Shown here piece after piece: positions 12,990 through 25,800 of a stretch of DNA of 64,000 nt; within the stretch, counting starts at the first letter, position 1; each line of letters begins with the position of its first letter. The notes under the pieces are model-generated. The model saw only the letters and a list, made by a program, of their open reading frames with translations, ran no database searches and was not told the DNA's origin. The position numbers were made by a program, and so were the translations under genes. Location of the stretch: NCBI RefSeq assembly GCF_009914755.1, contig NC_060947.1; one strand, written 5' to 3'. This stretch comes from the human T2T-CHM13v2.0 reference genome, Homo sapiens.

Positions 12990-15900
12990 TTTTGAAAGCA
13001 GACAGAATAATACAGACATTATTATTCTACAGTTTGCAGGACCATCTATTAAGCCATGAGCAATTGAAATAAATATTTTTATCAGATATCATACCATCAG
13101 AGAAATAGGGCTTTACTGCAAAGCATTTTAGAGAAAAAACTATTACCAAGATGCATGGCAACTATAGATTAATAAAGCTCTGTGTCAAGGCAAGTTAATG
13201 AAGGTCACTCTGTATGTGTTCTTGTGTGCCCCTGTGTGTACATGCCTTCAAACTTGTGTGGGGAGTGGGGAGAAAGGGAGAGAGAAAGACAGGGAAAGAG
13301 AGAGGTAATCTCTCCTAGTACTCTGAAGAAAAGGGGTATTTAGGCTCTTTGCCTATCATGAAACAAGAGGCTTATGTCTTATTGCTGATGAATTGCAAGT
13401 GTAATTACAGAGCATTGCTAAACCACATTAAGTCCCAAGGGCTGAATAAAAAAATATACACCATCTACAAAAGCCATTTAAATTATCTCTGAAAAACCTA
13501 GTAGTCAAGTATGAAATCAGTCTGTGAGCAGATATAAACCATTGCTGGTTATCCATTAAAATTAGCTCCACAATGCTAAGGGCCAGTCTCCAAAAGAAAA
13601 ATGAATGGCCTGTGGCTATATCTAATGTGCTACTCACAAGTTTCTGTACTGTTACAGAAATGAACAACAACAGTTGAACTTTAAAGATAAACAGTTTTTT
13701 TTATCGGATTCCTAGAGAATAATGGTGCTTATGTACAATTCTTGAAATAGAGCCTACAGCCGCCCAAAATAAAATAGTCTCTTTCAAGATCTTGGAAATA
13801 ATGACATCATAGGCAGATTGAACCAGCAATCCATTAATAGTATCCTTTATAGAAAGCTGTCTCAGGGGAACACATGGCTAAGTAGATTGGCATTGTTTAT
13901 AAACATAACATAATAAAATCCCTTTTTAAATATGTTTGTGGAATAGTAGGAGATACTTCCCACTTGGGAAACAAATACTTTAACCACAAGGATTCCTTGC
14001 AGGTCCCTACCCTTTCTCCATTGGTCTTCTAAAAGTGTGCTTAGAGGCACTTGATTTGAAGGTGAGTTAAAATACCAAGGACCTCCTGTACTATTCTTTC
14101 AACAGCAAAGCAGAATTATCTGGAATCATTAGCAGAGGATGATTGGTTGTGCCTTGTAATGGGTAGTAAAGAACCAAAGTAATATCAAGATAATTAAAAC
14201 AAAACCATATCTGAACTGTCTAGGAAAATGGTTTGGTTCAAGCTTTATTAAGTTCCTAGTGTGGACCTGGACATAGGTTCTTCAGTTTCACTTGTGTCTT
14301 TGTAAAAGGTGTATTCCAGCTCCTCTTATGATGCCTTGATTAGTTGAATGACATTGAAACACTTCCAGTTTGGTGGGCAATAGGAATGTATGTCACATAA
14401 GCTGAGTCCTTTGCAGAATGTCTGTGATACTGACCATGGCAAATGTGTGTTATTGAATTTTTGGTCAGGGATTTTTAGTGCAATATAGAAGAGTTTAGTT
14501 TGAGTTTTAGATCCCAAGTATTCCTTTCTTCCCAACCTATATTATACTTGGTCAAATAAAGTCAGGGTAATCAGGCAGCCTGAAAGGAAGCAGGGCATCT
14601 ACCTGCCTCTCTGGTCAGATGGAGTAATTAGGAACAAAAAAGGCCACTCTGTTGTTAGCCACACCTATTTATCAAGAACAAAGGAGCATAGCATTTTAAA
14701 TTCATTTGAGCTGAAACCCTGGCTGGCTCAGACTCTTACTTGTCTTATCACGCAAGATCAGCTTTGTATATCATTTTAAAGAGGTCGTGTGGCGTGTTTT
14801 CCTGACTTCTGTCATCTCAAGTTAAATATGTCATCAGAAAATATATATCATCCAGAAAATGGTGGCTCTCTCTTCCTGTGAGACACTCTTTTTAGAAATT
14901 TGTCTTCTAGGTATTTCTATTTTAAAATGTTCAGTTTCTCTGCAATAACTTTCAAATTTCATTATTTTTACCAAGCTAGATTTTGTATATCTGTATACAT
15001 ATTTATGTAATAATCACTTCATATTTGCACATAGTTTTTGAACCCAGAAAAGTAAAAGAGAAAACTAGTGACTTGTCTCTGGTGGCAAATTTTCTCTGTG
15101 ACTAAATTAAAACCATGAACCTGTCCAGTACAGAATAATGCCACTGGTGAAGTCAGTCTTAAATTCACTTTAATTCTAGAGAAACTGTGAATTTAGAAGG
15201 ACCAAAAGTCAAAATGCAAAAGATAATGCAGACACATTAGCACTGGTCTCATATTCCAGTTCAAATATTTACTCTAGTACCGATAGTATCTCTGAATATA
15301 CTTTATCCTTGACATCACAATTACTTTTTCATTGTACCTTGTTCTGTAGTTTGACCTAAATAGGAAAATGTAAGGTTTATGAAATTGTTGGTGATAGTGA
15401 CAAACCATTTATTACTTAGTATTTTCACTGTCATTATTACTGAAAAAATATAGAATTGGTCTTAATTCATTAAGATAATGCAAGACATGACACTTAGCAA
15501 AACAAAAGCGATCTCCCGTTCGAATCAAAATCAAACCAATTGTTAGTTGTCAATCACCTGTGCAGATGGAGAAGCTATTAATTGATAGTAACCTATTCTT
15601 GAGTAATTACAGACTGTATATGTTTGAGAGAATTTAGAACAAAATAAAATTTTTAAAATTCTCTACCTAACATGATGTAACTTAGAGTGCATTACTGAGA
15701 GTAATAAACATACTATAACCACTAAAGGGCCGGAAAGCATTGATAGATAATTTTTCAGCACAACAGTTAATGAGTAGACCCCTGTTTTTGTTTTTATTGT
15801 TCTTAGGTTTGTTCATAGTAAATGTTGTGGAAACAAAGTGATAATGCTAAGTCATGTTTGGAGAGTTGTAATGTTCCTAAATTAGTACCAGGTAATACTT

Positions 15901-16164
15901 GATAAGTTTACAGAGATATAGTTTTAAAGGGATTTGATTTTCCTTGAATTCAAACTGGGGATTCATTTGGAAGGTACTATTAGTACCTGACTTGTGCTGG
16001 GGTCAGGACCTTATGGAAGGACTTGAATTAGAGTAGGAAAATACCTGGAGACAGAAACATTTCCTTGGGGAGTTCATGCTTTTCCAGTTTACTTTATCCT
16101 CCCAGGGGAATGAAAACCAAATATACTCAGATGTAGACACAAGATACTAAAGAATAATGAACTT

Positions 16165-16530
<366 letters not shown>

Positions 16531-17289
16531 CTACCTCTGTCACCTCCCTTTTTCCTTCTTCCAAGACGTAAAATGTGGCAGGGAGTAAGGTTATGGTGTC
16601 TCCTCGGGAACTGGCCCTCCAACATTTGCCCACCTTTATCTTCTGCCTGCTTGGGAGAATATGGAACATTGTTTACCCTAACAGCACACTCCAACTCTGT
16701 TGAAACTGCCAGATCTATGGGATGGTTTCTCGGTTAATTATCATAAAAACAGGAGAGTGCATTTTGTGACTGAGGTACACACATGTAAGAAATAAACACC
16801 AAGGACATCTCGATGTTAAAGCAGCTAACAAGTCATTGTTATGGGCCATTAAAAATCAACAGCCAAACCTGTGTCAATTCCAAACTCTGAGGAGGCTGAT
16901 CACCTGACCACTACAATCATCAGGATAGAATTTTAAAATAAGATTGTAAATTGTTCACTAAAACACTGTTAGTGGGGAGGAGAAAATAGAGTTTCAATGT
17001 GGGAAAAGCAAAGGGACTTACATATTTTTATAATATTTGAAAAGCCATTAATTACTGCCTTCACTTTCCTTTTTTGAAAATTGCATCAGGGTTTTTGGGA
17101 GGTAACTTCCTTCCCTCCAGAAGAGAAACCCCTAAAAACGATCCTCACACAAAACCTGAGAAAACATGAGAGCAATGCTTTTGTTTCTAAGATGTTAGAA
17201 TCCACATATTTATTAGGTTTTTAGACCTCTTCTCCCTCAACTCCTTTTTTTTCCCTCCTTTTCTTTAGGAGCTGTGAAATTAGTTGTAA

Positions 17290-17493
<204 letters not shown>

Positions 17494-18174
17494 TGAAAAT
17501 GGGCTAGTTTATTCTTTCATTTTCACTTTCTTTCTTAGGTAGTTGTTTCTTGAGGATTGACTGTTCAGGGCCTGCCGGCCCTTTACATCTACGTCTTCAG
17601 AGGTTGCATTTTGTCAGAGAATAATGTTTGATTGATTTACTGTGGGCTGACAGAAAATACATTTACACTATGTTTGCTTTTCACATAAAATTAAATTCAT
17701 AGTGTTAAGCCAAGGGTAATCATAGCAACAGTACTGTCTTGAATATATCAACAGTGACTTTCTTTCTGATAATGTAGAGTAGAATTTACAATAATCCCTC
17801 CCTAACTATAAGTTGTTCTTTTTGGAAATTTGGGTATAGGTAGGTTTACTTCTGTATACCTTTTTGATAACTGAAAATTTTGAATTCAGTATATGAGAAT
17901 CAGTCCACGTTGCCACAATATTGTCTCTCTGACTATATTGTAAGTGGGAAGGCATTTCTGAGTCATTTGTTTCCATTATCATTCTTCAACCTGTTTTCCC
18001 CTAGACAGCCCCATGTGTACTGAGTAGCACACCAATATATTATAATTTATCCTTCTGGTGTTTGTAATACCATTTGGTGCTTAAATGTCATATGCTAATG
18101 CTTTGTGACGTGCAGGGATATGAAATCTCTAGTAAGTAACTTTCAGGTTACATTAATTAGCATAAAGCTGAAAC

Positions 18175-20200
18175 ATGGCTTCTACAGATATGAAGCAAGT
18201 ACAAGGGCACTGACACCATAGAAACTTGTCAGAAGGGCAAGAAGGGTGATGTCTTTAGAAGAGAAACAGGACATTCTCAATCTACTTCTTCAAGGTAAAA
18301 TAAATAGCTTTGTAGGTCACTTATATAGTGTTAATCAATCTACAATTCATACCACAAAGAAAGCTGAAACTATTAGTATGGCCAGTACTGCCACTTGTAC
18401 ACCTGCATAACTTAAAAGATGCTTTGTTCTTCATGACCCAAGGATGGAAAAGATGGAAATGAAGTTAAATCTCTGGATTGAAGATAAACTGAAGAATAAT
18501 GAACCACATTCCATGCAAGAGATTTGTGACTATGCAAGAGGAATTTTCAGAGACATGTCTTTAGACACTGAAATGAATCCAGAAAAAAATTTGTTGGGAG
18601 TAAGGGATGGTTTGAGGAATTTAGGGTGTACCATAATGTGGAGACCAGGTCTTATTTGACAGTTATGCCAAAGAACAAACAGTTCCTGCAGCTCTCATGT
18701 TGTATTCACCACAAATTCAGGAAGTGGCTGAAGAAGGGGATTACATGCCTGCACAAATCTTTAGTGCTATCGAGAGTGTCAAGCTTTGAAACCCTTTGAA
18801 TACTTCTGAAGAGCAAGCGCCCACTGATGCTGAGGTCAACAAAATCAGAGAAGCTGACATTTCCATTTTTTGCCAATACTTCAGGTGACCTCATAATGAA
18901 ACCCTTGCTGCTCTACAGAAAATTGTGCCCAAACCCTCTCAGGGGAAATAAATGAGCCAAGTTTCCAGTGTACTAGCAAGCAAACAGAAAAGCCCAGATG
19001 AATCTTCCTCTCCTTAAGGGATGGTTTGAACAGTACTTTCTTGTGGATGTTCAAGACTACTTAAAAGAAAAAAAAAATACCTTGAATTCAAAGTCCTGCT
19101 GATTCTTCAGTCTATTTGGTGCTTCAGGTACATTTGCCAATATGCATCCTCATGGTAAGGTTGTCTTTATAACTAGCCACATGTCTGAGATTCTTGAGCC
19201 TTTCAGTCAGTGTTTGATCTGGCCATTCAGGAAGGCTTATTATAAACTAATGTATAACTTTGTTCACAATCTCGCAAAGTTTCCACTGTCTGAAAATCCT
19301 AGTGCATGAGACTCCTACATCGTTATTAATGGCATATCCTTAATAAAAGTTTGGCTTTTGATTTTTAATGGGTTTTCAGGAGATAACTTCCCAAAGAGGC
19401 ATTAGATAGTTTAACAGAGCCTGTCATTAATGTGACCTGTGAGAAGACTTGGCTAGAGGTGGTGAAATATCTTTCCTCTATCCCTCCCAAAGACAAGAAA
19501 AACCTATGGATGAGGATGAAAATTTGGCACAAGAGCAATCATTGGCGGAAGTTGAATCTGAAACTGTTGACACCAATTCAAGTTAATGCTGCTAGAGGCT
19601 GATCCTCAGGAAGCTTTCTTGACTCCAGAGGTTATTATCATAAGTGATGATGAAGACAATTAGGAGGCTGTGGGACTGGAAACAAATACAGCAATAAGAA
19701 ACAGGAGCAAAATTTTTAGAACAAGATTAAAACCTCCCTAAGAAGGTAATTAAAATTGGCATCTTTACATGTGTCAGATATTACCTGTTCAAAGTTTGAG
19801 TGACTTAGAGTTCTATAAAGAGGTGCTATGATGCCATCAAACATAATCATATTGGACAGAAACAATCTTCAATAGAACTTAAATCATGTGCCATTTAATA
19901 CTGTTGCTGGACAGCTGATAAAACTACCTTCTGACAAAGTTTGATTTAATTAGACTCTAATAAAAGGTCCTATGAGACTTTCTAAAAGACTATATTGGGA
20001 AGAAAGAAACCTCAGAAAAGTCTAAATTATCAAGTAGTACCATTTAAATACTCTTACTGGACAGCTAATAAGCTACCTTCAGACAAAGATTGAATGATTA
20101 AATTGAACTCCATACAGAACTGCTAAGGTGTCTTCAAAAAGGACTTGAGAAGATGAAAGCATCTTTAGAAGGGCCACTTAAATTCACTTGCTTGATAGAA
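18175..20200 (+). pseudogene. Decayed pogo/Tigger-family (CENP-B/TIGD-like) transposase-derived ORF
   Basis: Colinear motifs across frameshifts: RRVMSLEEKQDIL...YSVNQSTIH (HTH), MEKMEMKLNLWIED and FVGSKGWFEEFR (CENP-B-type HTH), then EEGDYMPAQIFSAIES, ANTSGDLIMKPLLLYR, FPVY*QANRKA, LEFKVLLILQ and KVVFITSHMSEILEPFSQCLIWPFRKAYY (DDE_1 region). Multiple stops and frameshifts; 3' boundary approximate. Confidence 0.85.
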
Positions 20201-20689
20201 ATAAAGCCTCAAGCAAGTTGTTATAACTTCAGGATTCGACTTCACTGACTCTAAGAGTATAGACATCCATAATTTGAACTAATGAATAGTCCACTTCTGT
20301 TCATTGCTTCTCTGTCACCCCCATTTGCCACTACCATAATGAGTGATAGATACATCTTCATCACCTCTGGAAATCATCTCAGGATCTAAATGGAAACTGT
20401 ATAAAGCCTATCATTTTTACTGATTTAAACTATGTAAACTCATTATTCTTTTTATGTAATGTGCTGTTGTTATTGTTTACCTGCATAAAAATATTTATGA
20501 GGGTTTTCAACAGTTTACTTGAGACCTCATTTTTGCCCATTTTTTTCCTTCCCGATATCATGATCTCCTCAGCTGAACTTTCTTACCTTGGGGGTTGTTC
20601 AGGAACTGACTCTCATGGGGAAAGAGGGATTACTATTTCTGTGTTCCTATCTCTTGGTAACTGCTTAACCACAGTCAGTCTTGAACTAA

Positions 20690-20890
20690 TGGAAGGAGCA
20701 CTGGACTTGGGTTCTTGAGACCTGGGTTCATGTTCAGTTCTGCCACTGATTATTGTGACATTGGGCCAGTCACTTGATTTCTCTGAGCCTCAGTTTCATC
20801 ACCTGTTAAGTGAGGATAGTAATACCTGGCACAAATATCACAATATTAGTGATAATTGAATATAATTATAAGTACCCAATGGCTATTAAA
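20690..20890 (+). mobile_element. MIR SINE
   Basis: CTGGGTTC..TCTGCCACT..TGTGACATTGGGCCAGTCACTT..TCTCTGAGCCTCAGTTTC. Confidence 0.8.
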
Positions 20891-22584
20891 AGTAAAACTA
20901 GGAAGTGCTGAATAACCATAATATCATTATATTTGTAGCATTTTGGACCTTATCAATGAACAACTGAGAAAACTAGGTTTTTGAATTCTTTTACTTTTTA
21001 AAGTAACTTCCTCCCATTTTTATGTCAATTATAGAAAATTTTAAAAAGAAAATTAAATGTGCCTATAATTTTATAAGCCGGAGGTAACTAAGTTGGTATT
21101 TTTCTTCTTAGTACCTCTTTGTCTCATCATAAATTGTTCATCAATGTCAAAAACTTGGAAAATAAAGATAAGCATATAGAAAAAAATAAAAACCACCCAT
21201 AATCACAAATCCCAGAAGCAATGTTAATATTTTGGTGGATTTATTTCCAGTCTTTTTCTATGGCTATATGTGCACATATATAATTTTTACATAGAAAAAG
21301 TCATAATGCATACAGCTTTGTTGCTTTTAGCATTTTTATCATGAATATTTTCCTACATTTATGCAAAGTATTTGTAAATATCATTTTCAATGGTGTATAA
21401 TATTTCATCATAGGATGACATCATGGTTTAGTTAACCATTTTCTTTTGTTGGATATTTGAGGGTCTTTCCAAATTTGGCCATTGTAATTTCACAATGTCT
21501 TTTTCATTACCTAACTGAAAATATTTGCTTTGGTGAAAGCAGAGGATTTTTTGTTGTTTGTTTGTTTGTTTTTGAAGAAGTCCTTTTAATAGCTACATTT
21601 CATTGACTAAGTGGAACTTCAAGAGACAGGTAGAAGAAAAAAAAAAAGAAACAGTAGATGTAATTTCAAGATTGAGGATTTATTTTGTTAGTGACTGTTC
21701 CAGAAGCTGAATTTTGGTGTTAGAGCAATTCAGGAGGGACAGTTTGCCACCATTTTATGATACTTTACTGTAGAAAAGTTTTCAGGATTTAGACCAGGAA
21801 AGAGACATCCTAACCATATGGGTTGATTTTATTTTATGGACCCTGTGAAGTCTGGGACTGATCAGGTTTCTCTTTTGTTGGCTACTAGAAAGCTTGGAGT
21901 CAAATGTGTGGTCAATGCATAGCACTTGTAATGGGACTCTACGGTATGTATGCACTTTGTATTAGCTTTCTGCCAGGCTCCATTTCGTGTTCCTATCTTT
22001 ATTGTTTTTGTTTTTTCCTTTTACTTTCTTATCTACTTTGAATTTATGCTATCATGTTGTATTTTGTGTATTCTTGTAAGCCACCTGACATCCATCTTGG
22101 AACATGGTGGGGAATAAACACACTAATAAATAAATACATTAATAAATACATGAATAAATAAACCAATAAGGAAAAAACAATGAGGCAAATGAATGCAGCC
22201 AGGACTCTGAAAATTGCATAGTGCCTCCAAGAATAATCAATGTTAAGGACTTGAAGCTTGGAAGAACATATTGGAAAGAAGCAGGTGAGGCTGCGAGGCT
22301 GCATTTAGAGGTGACGTGTTCTGTGTGACGTCTGTGTCTACTGAAGCATGCTTATATGTCTTGTGTCTTCTGCTGCACTTGAGCATTAGGTGTGTTTCAG
22401 AGGATATGCAGTGCTGCGTAATGGACTGTGTCTTTAGAGGGCACAGTTCATGTGCATTTTATTTGTGGGGAATCTAGAGAGATTTGGGAGTTGGTGAGCC
22501 TGGGAATGATGTGATGATCCTTTTTCATGGAGGCATAGGAAGGAATCATTGTATATAAATCAAATCAAGACAAATAGGAAGTTT

Positions 22585-22810
22585 CCTACCATTTACTAAC
22601 TAGTTACTGGGTGCCAAGCTATGTGCCAGGCACTTTACATGTATTGATTTAACACTTAACAGCCACTCTATATTATTCCCTTTTTACAGATGAGGCAATT
22701 TAAGCTCAAAGCATTTAAGTAGACAACCAACCTAGAATCACATAGCAAATGACAGAAGCCAGAGGCCTCCCAAGTCTCTCTAACTCCAAACCCTATGCTT
22801 ACTCTACTAT
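22585..22810 (-). mobile_element. MIR SINE
   Basis: TATGTGCCAGGCACTTTACA..TTTTACAGATGAGGCAA reverse MIR core. Confidence 0.75.
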
Positions 22811-25800
22811 ATCACACTACCTTGCAATAGGACAAAGGGAATATGTGGTAAACTATGTTCCCAGCATCTAAAAGCCAGGAGTGGTTTTCATTTTTCTTTA
22901 AGAAGATGATAGTGTGATTTGAAACATATCTGAATTTCAGAAGAGGGGACTTTTAAAAATTGCCACTCATAAGGAAAGAAAGAACTTTTTCACATATTTT
23001 TGAAAGAAACGATGGTGAGAAGATATTCTTGATAATAGAGATATGCTAACATTTGCTTTGGGTGTTTTGTAGGTTAGATTTTTTTGGTGTGTACTTTATA
23101 GGCTTGCATATTGCTTACTTTAAACAGCTGAAGTTCTAAGTAAGAGTGTTCATATATGTGAAAGAGTTCTTAAAGTACTATATAGTTTTGTTATTGTATT
23201 GAATATATATTGTTCTAATTCCTAGAGTATGTCATCTTCTATATACTCTATACAGCAGGAATCCTTGCTGTACAACAATTATATTAAAGAAAACTCTCAG
23301 TTATCCTTTATGGTCTTGTCAATCAAATGTTTTGGTCAATGCATATTACTAACTTTCATCTAATTAATGCACAATAAAATATACTTAGTGTGATAACAGT
23401 ATGCAGTCTTTCTTTGGTGATACTGGAGACCCTTTGGATCTTGCAGTAGCTCAAAGTTATTATCACTGCACCAATAATGTGTAAGAGTGTCAATTAATTC
23501 AGGGTTCTGTTATCAGAAAGCCAGGTATCAGAGACTGCTACATCCTGAATGGTGCTTACATTCTTGGTTCTGCAAATGTAGCCCATCCAGCTTAGCAAAG
23601 AGTGTTCTTTGGAAATCACTGCCCTGCCCTTTTGGAAACCTGAAGGACATGGCATCTTGCTTGTCCTCTAGGGTCAGTGCTATGCCCCAATAGAAGAGTC
23701 TCTTGTACTACTCCTTTACTCCTAGGAAACCCGTGTTGAAATGGGAAGAAGGTGGAATAAGGACACACTCTCCCTATCTACCAGGGTCTGTGCTTCCACT
23801 TTAAGGCCAATGAATGGGGAAACTGGGCACAAATATGGTAGCCCCGTAAAACCAACAGACAGTCAAATGCAAGAGAAGTATGGAATGTAGGGTTGGGAGA
23901 TGTTTACACTAAGGTAAAGAAGCCACAGGGAGAAATAAACTGAGAGGAAGTAATGACTGAAAGGGAGATTAGGAGGTGGAGAAGATACAGAGGATGGATG
24001 GAATAAGAGGGGAAGACAGAAGAGTGCTGTATCAAACACGCAGTTTGATATGCTTTAAAAAATGGAGTGTTGCAAGAAGAGGAAAATTGACAAAGGCTAA
24101 GGGATATGAAGTTGCTTTCCCCATTAAGGCAAATGAGGCCTCCTTTTTCTCCTCAGACTTTTACCCTATATAATTATCCACATGATCAGAAGTGTCTAGT
24201 TAGGACATTGCCTCATCTTTGCTTTTTGTTTTCAAATGTTTCCCATCAAAGTTGTTGCATATGTCAATTGAATGCAAATGAAAGTGGAACCAGTATGTGT
24301 TGCCTAGAGGGAGATGAGTAAGAGGTAACTTCCTAATGATTTCCCAGAATAATCACTGTTGCTGAATGTTTTTGAAGATGATACCACTGAAGGTGCTAGC
24401 TGTTTGCATGTGTGAGTGGGGGTGACTTGAAGGGCTCACATGTGACTATCATTTTACTTCCCCCATCCCATCATCCTCACGGAACATCTGACCTGTGAAT
24501 TGGGCTTGTGGTCACTCTTGCAGAATCAGGTACCACATTGAGTTTTATCTGTACATTAAAGCCTGCTAATTTGTGGAGGACATATGTTGTTTTCCATAGC
24601 CACTGAAGACCTAGCAGGAGAAACTGGGCTTAATATTCCACCAGAGAGAATGGAACTAGACATAAATTCCAGATAGGCTAATTGGATGCTATAGGTTACT
24701 AAGAGTGACATTTTCTAGAATCTTCATTAGATATCTCATGGCTTTAGCAAGTTCTACATGAAGGCAGGAGAATGGACCTTCCACCATGGGCCTTCCCAAC
24801 TATATGCTTTTGAGATTTGCTAATATAATAAAAGATATTATAATAAGAGCAGTGAATGTTTAAGATGGCCCAGTTTAATCCTCTTTTCTCAGTAGTTATA
24901 CTTCTAAGGATATCACTCATAAGATGAAAGTGCTAGGTCTAAACATAGTCACCCTGTTACTTAGTATATTGCCATAAGATGATGTATTTTGGAAAGCCGT
25001 TATAGGTGTATTACAATGTTCAAAACCTCTCATATCAGTTACCTTCTTCAAACTTCCTATGATGGAGGTAAGGCAGGGATTATTCCCATTTTACAGAGGA
25101 AGGCAGAAGTTCAGAGAGGTTAAATGACTTCCACAAATTTGCTCCACTACTTAATAACAAAGCAAGGCAGACCTAGAATTTGGATCCCCCAACTCCTAGT
25201 CCAGTGGTAGTTGAAGACTATACTGCTTACATAAAATGAGAGTAGCTTGTTTTGTAAACAGGTTTCAGCCAATGGAATATGCAAAAATGGAATTTTTACA
25301 GAAGCAAGTAGAACCCAGGTGCCTCAGTGGTTACAACAGTAGTCATACCTTTATCCTGACAAGTTTTTCCTCCTGAGGGCCTAATTTGCTAATAGGAAGT
25401 AACTAGCTTTTGTAAAAAAGAAAAATATGGAATATTAAAATAGAACACAGGAGTGGTGCACCTATCATCCCTCCCCTTAGATTCATTCATGATCCAGAAT
25501 GTAAAAGATATTTGGGCCGTCTTACTCATTTAATGAACACCTTCCTTTTCTGCTCAGAATCAATATGTATTCGCCCAAGATGCTAAGTTTATGCCAGAAA
25601 TATGTATGTTATGTGGAATTTCTTTTAAAATTCTTATTCAGCGTGTACTGTCAGTTGCTTTAAATACTTACTGCCAACAATAAAATCTATTTTTATGCCT
25701 ATCTTTCTATTGTAGTCACCACATATACTTTCACATATTTCCAATGCAAAAAAAAAAATAAATTTGTAGGCCCACACAATGATAGTCTTTATACCAAAAA

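Noticed and set aside
19345-19380. GT...AG segment interrupting the transposase alignment as a possible intron
   Set aside because: About 31 nt, too short for a mammalian spliceosomal intron; more likely an insertion.
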